Made by a program: the position numbers and the translations under genes | Part shown: in pieces, positions 1 through 9,053 of the stretch | Layout: each line of letters starts with the position of its first letter | How positions within the stretch are numbered: position 1 is the first letter of the stretch | Notes under the pieces: model-generated | Databases searched by the model: none | Told to the model about the DNA's origin: nothing | The model's input: the letters and a program-made list of their open reading frames with translations, nothing else | Assembly (NCBI GenBank): GCA_023228445.1 | Contig: JALOBD010000001.1 | Span: 1,101-65,100 of the forward strand | DNA from: Sphaerochaeta sp. | GTDB lineage: Bacteria > Spirochaetota > Spirochaetia > Sphaerochaetales > Sphaerochaetaceae | Direction of reading: 5' to 3' | DNA: 64,000 nt

Positions 1-228
1 GTGCTGGACAATCGGCGCAGCGGCGAGGCGCTCTCTGCGATGACCATCCAGGCCGGCTCGGCGGTGGTATTGGCCATCGGGGGGGAGCGGGGCTTCAGCG
101 ACCGCGAACGTGATGTGTATGCGGCAAACGGCTTCCGCTTCGCTACGCTCGGCAGCAGGATCCTTCGCACCGAGACGGCGGTGAGTGCCGGTCTTGCGGT
201 GTTGTTGGGCCGTATGGGCTTGCTCTAG
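1..228 (+). CDS. rsmE: 16S rRNA m3U1498 methyltransferase, C-terminal part (5' truncated by window)
   Basis: SPOUT C-terminal motifs IGGERGFS and LGSRILRTETA. Confidence 0.9.
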   Translation: MLDNRRSGEALSAMTIQAGSAVVLAIGGERGFSDRERDVYAANGFRFATLGSRILRTETAVSAGLAVLLGRMGLL

Positions 229-274
229 GGGCTCTCGCTGGCCATAATGGGGGAGGATTTACAAGGAGATACAT

Positions 275-1105
275 ATGGCACACTGCATCGTGGACGCTGC
301 TGAAGCTATCTTGGATAGGGAGTACCCGGTCCTCGACCATGGGTTTGTCCGCTTGGTCGACTACTTGGGAAGCGATGAACGGATCGTACAGAGCGCCCGC
401 GTCTCATATGGGGCCGGGACGAAGAGCTACCGCCAGGACAAGGGCCTGATCGCCTACCTTTTGAGAAACGACCACACCTCGCCCTTCGAGCAGGTGAACT
501 TCACCTTCCACATCAAAATGCCGATCTTCGTCGCCCGTCAGTGGATTCGACACCGGACTGCCCGGGTCAATGAGATCAGCGGACGCTACAGCGTGATGGA
601 GGGTGAGCACTACCTGCCTCACCGTGAGCAGATCAACCTGCAGAGCGAGGACAACAAGCAGGGGAGGACGAACGAAGCGGTCAGCGATGAGGTCGCTGAC
701 CAGGTCCTCAAGATCCTTGAGGCCGACCAACGGCGAACCTATGAGAGCTATGAGGCGCTTTTGGAGATGGGCATCGCCCGTGAGCTGAGCCGGATCAACC
801 TGCCGCTCTCCCTCTACACCGAGTGGTACTGGCAGATGGACCTGCACAACCTCTTCCACTTCTTGCGCCTACGCCTCGATGAGCACGCCCAGTATGAGAT
901 CCGTGTCTACGCCCAGGTGATCTTGGACATCATCCGCTTGGTCTGCCCGATGGCTGTGGAGGCCTTCGAGCAGTACAAGCTTGGTTCACAGACGTTCAGC
1001 AAGAGCGAGCTCGAGGCGCTGAGGGCGGTGCTGCGTGGAGAGGAGAATCCGCTCACCGGTCGTGCGCGTACCCTCTTTGAGGAGAAGCTGGGCGAGCGGC
1101 CTTGA
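275..1105 (+). CDS. thyX: FAD-dependent thymidylate synthase
   Basis: H-T-S-P-F-E and RQWIRHR...NEISGRY motifs; AAGGAG SD upstream. Confidence 0.97.
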   Translation: MAHCIVDAAEAILDREYPVLDHGFVRLVDYLGSDERIVQSARVSYGAGTKSYRQDKGLIAYLLRNDHTSPFEQVNFTFHIKMPIFVARQWIRHRTARVNEISGRYSVMEGEHYLPHREQINLQSEDNKQGRTNEAVSDEVADQVLKILEADQRRTYESYEALLEMGIARELSRINLPLSLYTEWYWQMDLHNLFHFLRLRLDEHAQYEIRVYAQVILDIIRLVCPMAVEAFEQYKLGSQTFSKSELEALRAVLRGEENPLTGRARTLFEEKLGERP

Positions 1106-1985
1106 GCGATTTTCGGTACTCGCGCCGGGTCAACGGGGCTGGGGGGAGGACCGGGCGCTGTAGCAGCAGCTGTGGATTGTTCAGCAACTCCTGGAAGAGT
1201 TTGATCGACTGGGCGAAGTAGAAACCGTCGGTAATGCGCTCATCGACGGTGAAGCCGACCTCCATCGTGTCCTTTGTGACCCGTTGCCCGTCTGCGGTGG
1301 TGCGCTGACGCCTCAGCTGGCCCATTGTCAAGAAGAGGCTGGTGGTGCCCCACTCATAGAGGTGGTGGTGGGGGCTTGTCCCACCCAAGCCGATCGATCC
1401 CAAATTTGAGACGAAGATCGAGGTATGGAGCCCATCGGCGTCACGAAGCGCCTTGGGCGCTTTGCCATGACGGTCGAGCAAGCGGGCCAAAGCGACGATG
1501 AGGCGGATGATGGGGCGAGGAAAGCGCAGGAAGAAGAGGATCGCCTGATCGGTGAAGTTCGATGAGGCGGGTACCCGCTGCTGCTCGATGGCAGCGTTCA
1601 CGATGTCGGCGATCTCGGGGAGGATCATCTCCGGTTCAAAGAGAAGGGGCATCGAGTGCTCCGGTGCATCGTCGCTGTACGACTCCTTGACGACGAAGTT
1701 CAGCGACAGCTCACTGCGTTGCCAGTACCGGTAGTTGGCCACGAACCGATTGAGCTGCGGCCTCAGTGCGATGGTACGCAGAATGGCCGCCAGGAAGACC
1801 TCGAAGACCCGGTAGGTGCGACCGGTCTCCTCCTTCTGCTCCTTGATGAACGCCACTGTCCGGCTCAGGTCGAGGATCATGTTCTGGTAGACCAACGAAT
1901 CGCCGCGGCGGTTCATGATGTAGGGAAAGATTTGCTTGTACGGGTCGATATCGTAAATGCGCACCGCATCATTTCGTTTGCTCAT
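1053..1985 (-). CDS. Stand-alone 2-oxoacid dehydrogenase E2/CAT-like acyltransferase domain protein
   Basis: SNLGSIG and DERITDG (cf. DHRxxDG); no lipoyl domain; start set at ATG 1985 after GGAG. Confidence 0.75.
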   Translation of the reverse strand: MSKRNDAVRIYDIDPYKQIFPYIMNRRGDSLVYQNMILDLSRTVAFIKEQKEETGRTYRVFEVFLAAILRTIALRPQLNRFVANYRYWQRSELSLNFVVKESYSDDAPEHSMPLLFEPEMILPEIADIVNAAIEQQRVPASSNFTDQAILFFLRFPRPIIRLIVALARLLDRHGKAPKALRDADGLHTSIFVSNLGSIGLGGTSPHHHLYEWGTTSLFLTMGQLRRQRTTADGQRVTKDTMEVGFTVDERITDGFYFAQSIKLFQELLNNPQLLLQRPVLPPAPLTRREYRKSLKAARPASPQRGYAHDR

Positions 1986-2082
1986 GGGAAACTCCAAGGT
2001 AGACAGATCATGATCGCGCGTCAGTATACAACACAAGAATCGTGGCGCTCAAGGTAATTGCCACGATCGATGTGTCGTTCCA

Positions 2083-2111
2083 TTGCCAAAGCCTGAGGAG
2101 ATTACTATCAT
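2083..2111 (+). promoter_or_regulatory. sigma70 promoter of uvrC (near-leaderless)
   Basis: TTGCCA-17 nt-TATCAT, ATG 9 nt downstream. Confidence 0.5.
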
Positions 2112-2120
2112 TTTAGGTGT

Positions 2121-3974
2121 ATGAAAAAGCACAAACCCGATCCGGTGCGGTACCAGAGCCAGAGCGAGGTGGAGAGCCTGGGAAGCGAGGTCTCTGAAGG
2201 CCTCTCTGCCCACGAGCAGGCAAAGGGGCTTCCCCACAATCCCGGCGTGTATCTGATGAAGGACGCAAAGGATACGATCATCTATATCGGCAAGGCGAAG
2301 GACTTGAAGAAGCGTGTGGCCAACTACTTTGTGGCCAACCGCAGCGCGAAGACCGCCGCGTTGGTGCGCAAGATCACGCGCATCGAGTACATCATCACTG
2401 GCAACGACTATGAGGCATTGGTGCTGGAGAACAACCTCATCAAGAAGTACTCGCCGCACTACAATATCTCGCTGAAGGACGGCAAGAGCTACCCCATGAT
2501 CCGCATCACCGCCGAGCCCTTCCCCAAGGTCTTCAAGACGCGGCGGATGATCGACGATGGGTCCCTCTACTACGGCCCGTACCCCGATGCGGGCAAGCTC
2601 GACCTCTACCTCGACCTGATCAACCGTCTCTTCCCGCTGCGTCGTTGTTCGACACCGCTGAAGAGACGCGACCGCCCCTGCCTCTACTACCACATCGGTC
2701 TCTGTAGCGGCCCCTGTGCCGGCTTGATCAGCCAAGAGGAGTACAACAAGTCGATCCAAGCGGTGAAGAATCTTTTGGAGGGGAGGACCGAAGGCCTCAT
2801 CGCCCGCCTGGAGGAGGAGATGCGTGAGGCAAGCCGGGCTCTCAACTATGAGGAAGCGGCGATCAAACGCGACCAGATTGCTGCTGTCAAGAGTGTAGGC
2901 ACCGAGCAACAAGTGCAGGACTTCACCCAAGAGAGTCGCGACTACGCGGCCATCGAGATGAGAGGACCGCTGTGTACCATCAGCTTGATGCAGATGCGCG
3001 AGGGACAGCTCATCGGGCGCGCCCTCTATCGTGCCGAGACGCTGGCTGATGAGACCGAGACCCTGCTCAACTTCTTGGTACAGTACTACGCCGATGGGCT
3101 GAAGCTACCGCAGTTCCTCTACGTCTCACACGAGATCGACATCGCCCTGATCCGGCGGTACTTCACCGAACAGCTGGGAGGGCGCCTTGAGGTATCGCTT
3201 CCCCTCGATGGCAAGCACTACCGGATCCTCCGTATGGCCCGGGAGAATGCGATGCGCGATGTGGAGAAACGGCTGAGGAGCAGGGACAACACCAAGGCCC
3301 TTGAGGAGCTTGCCGTGGTGGTGGGCCTGGGCGAACCGCCGGCGCTGATCGAAGGGTTCGATATCTCCCACCTGGAGGGCAAGTACACCGTCGCCTCGCT
3401 GATCAGTTTCCGCGATGGGAAGGCGGACAAGCCCAACTACCGCCGCTACAATATCAAGAGTCTTGGGGGGAAGATCGACGACTACGAGTCGATCCGGGAG
3501 GCGGTGGCGCGCCGCTATACCAAGATTCTCAACGAGAACCTTGAGCGGCCCGGCCTCTTGATCATCGACGGGGGCAGGGGGCAGGTCAATGCCGCCCGTT
3601 CCATCCTCGATGACCTGGGCATGTTCGACATCCCGGTCATCGGGCTGGCCGAGGAGCACGAGACGATTGTCTTTGATGATGAACGCGAAGAGTTGCACCT
3701 GCCACTTGATAGCGAGGCGCTTCGCCTGGTCATTGCGGTACGCGATGAGTGCCACCGCTTCGCCACCGGAGCTAACCAAGCACTGCGAAGCAAGGAGGCC
3801 TCCTTCCGGCTCTTGGAGTCGGTGCCCGGTATCGGGCGCAAACGTAGCGAAGCGTTGCTCTCCCGCTATGGAAGCCTTGAGGCGATGTTACAAAAGAGTG
3901 CGGTGGACCTGAGCAGCGAATCTTCGATTCCGCTCACGGTGGCCGAACGGCTGATCAAGCAACTCTCGCTCTAG
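2121..3974 (+). CDS. uvrC: Excinuclease ABC subunit C
   Basis: GIY-YIG (PGVY...IYIGKA), Cys cluster, IEGFDISH, IDGGRGQ, C-terminal HhH. Confidence 0.98.
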   Translation: MKKHKPDPVRYQSQSEVESLGSEVSEGLSAHEQAKGLPHNPGVYLMKDAKDTIIYIGKAKDLKKRVANYFVANRSAKTAALVRKITRIEYIITGNDYEALVLENNLIKKYSPHYNISLKDGKSYPMIRITAEPFPKVFKTRRMIDDGSLYYGPYPDAGKLDLYLDLINRLFPLRRCSTPLKRRDRPCLYYHIGLCSGPCAGLISQEEYNKSIQAVKNLLEGRTEGLIARLEEEMREASRALNYEEAAIKRDQIAAVKSVGTEQQVQDFTQESRDYAAIEMRGPLCTISLMQMREGQLIGRALYRAETLADETETLLNFLVQYYADGLKLPQFLYVSHEIDIALIRRYFTEQLGGRLEVSLPLDGKHYRILRMARENAMRDVEKRLRSRDNTKALEELAVVVGLGEPPALIEGFDISHLEGKYTVASLISFRDGKADKPNYRRYNIKSLGGKIDDYESIREAVARRYTKILNENLERPGLLIIDGGRGQVNAARSILDDLGMFDIPVIGLAEEHETIVFDDEREELHLPLDSEALRLVIAVRDECHRFATGANQALRSKEASFRLLESVPGIGRKRSEALLSRYGSLEAMLQKSAVDLSSESSIPLTVAERLIKQLSL

Positions 3975-4194
3975 GAGGCTGTCGGTGTATCTGGCGATAC
4001 GCCGGATGGAAGCCACCGAGGCCGGGCAGTCTCCAACGTGTTTCTGCCCAGATGGCCTGAGCCCTCATGGGTGAGCCCATGTTCAAGCCTGACCCGCCTT
4101 GAAAATGGGCTCTCCAGCCGTCGATCGTGGAGGTGAACATACACGCTGTGTCACGGTCGACTCTCCTCAATATCTCTTCCATCGGACAAGCCTC
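3975..4194. ncRNA. Candidate structured non-coding RNA (possibly 6S/SsrS-like)
   Basis: Intergenic segment with long-range closing helices and several nested hairpins; 6S-like words CCTGAGCC...CCTTGAA...GGGCTC. Confidence 0.45.
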
Positions 4195-4252
4195 TTCTCA
4201 TACAGAAGCGTTGGGGCATCATGCCACATCGTCAGGGGACATGCGAAACCTC

Positions 4253-5278
4253 CTAGAGTGCTGCAAACTGCGCCTCAGCAAGCGGCGCTCCCTTCTTGAC
4301 GATGATCTGGTAGAGCAGGCGCTCGAAGATGGTCTTCATCAGATCGACGCCCGCCTCCTTGACGGCCAGGTCAGCTTTGATGAGGGCGGCGATGATCGCC
4401 TGCGTCTCTTCGAGGTTGAAGCGGGAGGCTGCGTCGCGGTAGCTGCTCTTGTCCTTGGGCTTCCTGATGGCCGCGTCCTTCTCCATTACCTTGGCCTTGG
4501 CAAAGGCCTCAAACTCGCTCTCCTTCGCCTCAAGCAGTTCCTGGAGTGAGAGAAGGCGCCGAAACTGCCAAAGCAGGCCGCGCAGCAGGAGGATCGGCGT
4601 CTGGCTCTCGCCGCTGCCGAGTATCACCGATAGGGATTTGAGGCTCTGGCGCAACTCCCCCCGGGCAATGAGGGGAAAGAGGGTGAAGGCATCCTCTTGA
4701 CGGCTGTGGAAGACGTAGAGGTCGACATCCTCCTCCTCGATGGGCCTGCCCTTGTCGGCGATCTGCCAAAAGAGGCCGAGCTGGCTGCAAATCGTCCTCA
4801 GCTCCTGGGTGTTGTCCTCGCTGATGTCGATCAATGAGTCAACCGCACCGGTGCTGATCATCAGGCCCATGCGCCGGAAGAAGGTGCGGATCCACTCCCC
4901 CTTCTCCCGCTCAAGGAGGTCGTAGAAGGTCTGGGTATTCGCCTTGGGTACCAGTTTGGAGATCTTGGATGAGATGAAGAGCTCGCTTGAGATGATGACG
5001 AGTGTCGCCCCCTCAGCGGGGCGGGCAAGGTAGGAGGCCACCTCGTCGACCAGTGCTGCGGATGCCGATTCGGCCTGGCTGAGGATTACGAGGCGGTGGT
5101 CGCTGAAGAGGGAGGTGTTGAGCAACGCCGCAGTGAGCTCGCCGCCCTCGCATTCAAAGGGGTAGAAGCGGATGATCTCCACCTCCCCGGCATGCTCTGT
5201 GCGTAGCGTGTCGCGAATGTGGCGCAGTGCCCCCTCCTTGGCCCCGACCTCCGGGCCAAGCAACAGGTGGACGCTCAT
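4253..5278 (-). CDS. holA: DNA polymerase III delta subunit
   Basis: N-terminal VHLLLGPE, SLFSDHRLVIL; typical length; spirochaete synteny. Confidence 0.9.
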   Translation of the reverse strand: MSVHLLLGPEVGAKEGALRHIRDTLRTEHAGEVEIIRFYPFECEGGELTAALLNTSLFSDHRLVILSQAESASAALVDEVASYLARPAEGATLVIISSELFISSKISKLVPKANTQTFYDLLEREKGEWIRTFFRRMGLMISTGAVDSLIDISEDNTQELRTICSQLGLFWQIADKGRPIEEEDVDLYVFHSRQEDAFTLFPLIARGELRQSLKSLSVILGSGESQTPILLLRGLLWQFRRLLSLQELLEAKESEFEAFAKAKVMEKDAAIRKPKDKSSYRDAASRFNLEETQAIIAALIKADLAVKEAGVDLMKTIFERLLYQIIVKKGAPLAEAQFAAL

Positions 5279-5895
5279 GAGTAGTTCCTGATCAGCAGGT
5301 GGAGCTTGCCGTGGATGGTGCAGGAGCGGGTGATGATCGAGCCCATCGAAGCATTGGCAGGCCTCAGCTCGATGTTCCCGCCGCTGGGGTAGAACCCCTT
5401 GAGGGTGATGCCGTCGTCCGCCTCACCGACGGTGGCGGCCACCACGTCCCCGGTCTCGGCGACCTCGCACTTCTTCATGACGGCGATGTCCCCGTCATAG
5501 ATACCGTCCTCGATCATCGATTCGCCACGCACCTTCAGGGCAAAGTAGGTGTTGCGCCCCCCACTGAGCATCGTGGATGGCAGTTGCAGCAGGTACTCAG
5601 TGTTCTCTTCGCTCATCAGCGGCCTGCCTGCGGCGATGGAGCCGATGACTGGGATTTGGATCATCTCGTCGTAGGGGGAGAACTCCTCACCGATGATCTC
5701 GATCGACCGGGAGATGCCACCGGTGGTTCGGATGACCTGTTTGGCCTCCAGCGCCCGCAGGTGGTCATGGGCCGCCTTCACTGAGAATTTGAAATGGGTG
5801 GCGATGTCACGTACCGCCGGGGCATAGTTGTTCTTCTGGATGTAGGAACTGATGAATCGGGCTACATCCCTCTGTCGTTTGGTGAGTTCACGCAT
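5275..5895 (-). CDS. lexA: SOS repressor LexA
   Basis: LTKRQ wHTH, IAAG cleavage site, GESM Ser and TLK Lys dyad; start at ATG 5895 with GGAGG SD. Confidence 0.95.
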   Translation of the reverse strand: MRELTKRQRDVARFISSYIQKNNYAPAVRDIATHFKFSVKAAHDHLRALEAKQVIRTTGGISRSIEIIGEEFSPYDEMIQIPVIGSIAAGRPLMSEENTEYLLQLPSTMLSGGRNTYFALKVRGESMIEDGIYDGDIAVMKKCEVAETGDVVAATVGEADDGITLKGFYPSGGNIELRPANASMGSIITRSCTIHGKLHLLIRNYS

Positions 5896-6163
5896 CTCCT
5901 CCCTCCTCGAATCTGTTCTCGAACAGGGCGGTGATGGCGTCAGCCAGCTCCTGTTCGTCGGGGCCATCGCAGACCATGGTGATCGTGCTCTGGTGGGTGG
6001 CCCCCAGGGTGATGATCCCCATGATCGACTTGCCGTTGATCTTCATTGTATCCTTCTCCAAAAAGAAATCACTCTTGAACTTGTTGGCGGTCTTCACGAT
6101 GGAAGCGGCCGGGCGGGCGTGGATTCCGGCACGGTTAGCGACCCGCAGCGTCCTGGTGACCAT
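5888..6163 (-). CDS. ptsH: Phosphocarrier protein HPr
   Basis: GIHARPA (His15) and KSIMG (Ser46); start overlaps hprK stop (TGATG). Confidence 0.96.
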   Translation of the reverse strand: MVTRTLRVANRAGIHARPAASIVKTANKFKSDFFLEKDTMKINGKSIMGIITLGATHQSTITMVCDGPDEQELADAITALFENRFEEGGDA

Positions 6164-7146
6164 CACAGAACCTCCGTCTCTTCTATGTAGGCGTTGCGCA
6201 CCGCTTCGCTCTCCAACCACCTGAGCACCGATTGGTCAAACTGCTTTGCCGAGTAATACCCCATCTTTTTCAGCCGCTCGTTGCGTGCTGCCGTCTCGAT
6301 GATGATTGGCACGTTCCGTCCCGGCTTGACCGGAATGATGACCTTGGGCACCGTGATGCCCAGGTAGGTGTCACAGAGCTTCTCGTCGCCGATGCGGTCA
6401 TAGTGCTTGGCCGCATCCCATGGCTCGAGGTGGATGGCGAGCTGCACCTGCTTGCGCTCGCGGATCGATCCGACTCCGTAGAGGGAGGCGAGATTGATGA
6501 TCCCCAGACCACGGATCTCCATGTGGTGTGCCAAGAGCGGATTCTGTCCCATGCCGATGAGGTAGTTGTCACTGATGGATCTCAGTTTCACGGTGTCATC
6601 ACTGATGAGCCGGTGGCCACGCTCGACGAGCTCGAGGGCTGTCTCGCTCTTGCCCACACCACTCTCGCCGGTGATGAGGACCCCGATGCCATAGACTTCG
6701 ACGAAGACGGCGTGGATCGTCTCTGTTGGGGCGAAGACTTCGTCGAGGGTCTGGATGAGGCGTCGGGTGAAGTCACTTGAGGCCAGGGCGGTGATCAAGA
6801 GGGGGGTGGACTTCTCGTTGGAGAGCTCGATGAGCTTGGCCGAGGGTTTGCCGTCATCGCTGAAGATGCAGCAGGGCAGATCATAGTCGAAGAACTGTTC
6901 GACGCTGGCCATATTGCCCTCACTCTCCAGCTTCGTGGCGTACGCCTGCTCCCCCTTGCCGAAGACCTGGATGGCGAAGGCGGAGAACTGCTCGAAGAAG
7001 CCGGCCAGCGGGAGGCCCGGGCGGCTGATCTTGCTGGTGGTGATGGAGCGAGAGAGGCCACTTCTGCCGGCGATGCATGAAAGGCCGAGGTGGTTTTGTT
7101 CCTTAAGGTCGAGGTCCAGGAGGTCCAGGACGGTGAAGCTGCTCAT
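6163..7146 (-). CDS. hprK: HPr kinase/phosphorylase
   Basis: GESGVGKSETALEL, LISDD, MEIRGLGI, PVKPGRN. Confidence 0.98.
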   Translation of the reverse strand: MSSFTVLDLLDLDLKEQNHLGLSCIAGRSGLSRSITTSKISRPGLPLAGFFEQFSAFAIQVFGKGEQAYATKLESEGNMASVEQFFDYDLPCCIFSDDGKPSAKLIELSNEKSTPLLITALASSDFTRRLIQTLDEVFAPTETIHAVFVEVYGIGVLITGESGVGKSETALELVERGHRLISDDTVKLRSISDNYLIGMGQNPLLAHHMEIRGLGIINLASLYGVGSIRERKQVQLAIHLEPWDAAKHYDRIGDEKLCDTYLGITVPKVIIPVKPGRNVPIIIETAARNERLKKMGYYSAKQFDQSVLRWLESEAVRNAYIEETEVL

Positions 7147-7170
7147 GGGGCCGACTCCTTTTCATATTCC

Positions 7171-7200
7171 ACTATACAATTGTTGGTCATGCTTTTGCAA
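7171..7200 (-). promoter_or_regulatory. sigma70 promoter of hprK-ptsH-lexA-holA
   Basis: Minus strand TTGCAA-18 nt-TATAGT. Confidence 0.6.
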
Positions 7201-7243
7201 GTGAGAAATCTCGACCACCGGCGGTCTGCGGGTTTTTTGTCCA

Positions 7244-7272
7244 TTGACGAGTGACGTGCCAAGCCGTATTCT
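7244..7272 (+). promoter_or_regulatory. sigma70 promoter of hpf
   Basis: TTGACG-17 nt-TATTCT; AAGGAGG SD follows. Confidence 0.7.
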
Positions 7273-7302
7273 TAAGGTACGACCATAGTCAAAGGAGGGC
7301 TT

Positions 7303-7599
7303 ATGAATTTGACAGTCAGAGGCATCCGGTACAACCCAAGCGACGAAACTCGGGCATTTTTGGACAAGAAGCTCCAGAAGCTCCAATTTGCCGAAGGGTA
7401 CCTGCACGACTTGGACATCGTGATCACCCGCGAGACGAGCGGGCAGGGGTACCATTTGGACGGAAAGCTCCACTTCTCTTGGGGGACCATCAAGATGGTC
7501 AGCTATGATTGTTATGAACTATATGAGGGCATCGAGCTCTTGGTCGACAAGATCGAGGCCACCGCCCGCAAGGAGAAAGGAAAGATTCAAGATCGATGA
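7303..7599 (+). CDS. hpf: Ribosome hibernation promoting factor (short HPF/RaiA family)
   Basis: 98 aa; MNLTVRG...KKLQKL...ELYEGIELLVDKIE...K.K pattern; sits between rpoN and hprK. Confidence 0.88.
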   Translation: MNLTVRGIRYNPSDETRAFLDKKLQKLQFAEGYLHDLDIVITRETSGQGYHLDGKLHFSWGTIKMVSYDCYELYEGIELLVDKIEATARKEKGKIQDR

Positions 7600-7623
7600 G
7601 TATGCGGAAGCGATGAAACGGGG

Positions 7624-7646
7624 AGGGGTGCGCAAGCACCCCTTTG
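7624..7646. terminator. Intrinsic terminator between convergent hpf and rpoN
   Basis: AGGGGTGC-GCAA-GCACCCCT followed by TT. Confidence 0.7.
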
Positions 7647-7649
7647 CTG

Positions 7650-9053
7650 TCAGTTGGTCCCCCGGATGAAGGAGGGGTCGATGTTCAGCTCGTTGCGGTA
7701 CTTGGCCACCGTCCGTCGGGCAACCGATACACCCTCCTCCTTGAGGATATCGCTGATCTTCTGATCGCTGAGCGCCTTCGCCCCCTGGTGGTCATCCAAG
7801 ATCCTCCGGATCATCTCCTTGACCGCCTCCTTGGAGAAGAGTGCCCCCTCCTCGCCGACTGCCGAGCTGAAGAGCCCCTTGACCTGGATGAGGCCCCAGT
7901 CGGTGTCGACCCACTTCGCCGTGCTGATCCTGCTGACCGTCGTCTCGTGTACCCCCAGCTCTGCGGCGACCTCCTTTTGGGTCAGTGGCTTGATGTAGAG
8001 CGGACCTGAGAGGAAGAATTCACGCTGGCGCTTCATCAAGACCTGGCCAAGGCGGTAGAGGGTCTTGTTGCGCACCTCGATCTGGAAGAGCAGGCTCTCG
8101 GCACGCTTGATCTGCTCGTTGATGTACGCCGTTGCCTTTTTGGCCTCCTCCTCATCTCCGATGTGGTCGGCGAGGTGTTCGAAGGAGGCCTGGATGCGCA
8201 GGTCGGGCAGGGCATGGTCGTTCATCTGCATCACCAGCTCGCCCCCGTCGCGGCGGATGGAGAGCTCGGGGATGACGAACTGCTCCGGTCCGCTTGAGAA
8301 GCTCTGGCCGGGGAAGGGGGTCAGTGTCTTGAGGAAGGTGTAGAGCACCTCCAGATCGTATGCGTCGATACCCAGCTCCTTGGCCACCTGTTCGCTCTTG
8401 CCCGAGCGCATCAACTCGAGCTTTTCGTTGACCAGGCGGGAGAAGGTCTCCAGCTCCTCACCCTCCATCCCCTGCTGGGCAGCCTGGGCGATCAGCGATT
8501 CGCGCCAGCAGCGCACCCCGATACCCGCCGGTTCGAGACGGGCCAGGACAGCGAGCATCTTGGGCAGGTGGGCACGCTGGGTCTCAGAGAGCAACGCTTC
8601 CGGCTCGCTGGTGAAGAAGCCGTTTGCATCGAGGCCGGTGATGAGGATCGCGCCGACCTCGTACTCCTCGTCGCTGAGATGTTCGTACCCCAGCTGGGTG
8701 AGCAGGTGTTCACCAAGGCTCGCCCGCCGGGAGAGCGCTCCCTCCAAGAAACGGCTCTGCCGCTCCGTCGCCTCGGTGTCGTATCCGCCCCGGTCGCTGC
8801 CGTAGGCGGAGGAGTCGGAGTAGCTGTCGTCAGTGAGGCGGGCCTCTCTTTGTTGTTTTTCCCGGGCAACGCGGTCGTAGGAGAAATCCCAGCTGGCAGG
8901 CAGCTCCAAGGCGGGGTTGGTCTCGACCTCCGCCTTGATGCGCTGTTGCAGCTCAGAGAGCGGCATCGCCATCAGCTCAAAGGATTGGATCAGCTGGGGG
9001 CTGAGCCTCAGCTGTTGTTTTTGTGTCAGGGTAAGATTGGGTCTGATGTCCAT
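7650..9053 (-). CDS. rpoN: RNA polymerase sigma-54 factor
   Basis: Q/L-rich region I, HETTVSR, RpoN box ARRTVAKYR. Confidence 0.98.
   Translation of the reverse strand: MDIRPNLTLTQKQQLRLSPQLIQSFELMAMPLSELQQRIKAEVETNPALELPASWDFSYDRVAREKQQREARLTDDSYSDSSAYGSDRGGYDTEATERQSRFLEGALSRRASLGEHLLTQLGYEHLSDEEYEVGAILITGLDANGFFTSEPEALLSETQRAHLPKMLAVLARLEPAGIGVRCWRESLIAQAAQQGMEGEELETFSRLVNEKLELMRSGKSEQVAKELGIDAYDLEVLYTFLKTLTPFPGQSFSSGPEQFVIPELSIRRDGGELVMQMNDHALPDLRIQASFEHLADHIGDEEEAKKATAYINEQIKRAESLLFQIEVRNKTLYRLGQVLMKRQREFFLSGPLYIKPLTQKEVAAELGVHETTVSRISTAKWVDTDWGLIQVKGLFSSAVGEEGALFSKEAVKEMIRRILDDHQGAKALSDQKISDILKEEGVSVARRTVAKYRNELNIDPSFIRGTN

Noticed and set aside
3955-4549. Short ORFs (75, 66 and 140 aa) across the uvrC-holA spacer
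   Set aside because: No recognisable motifs, and they overlap real genes; the RNA structure explains the spacer better
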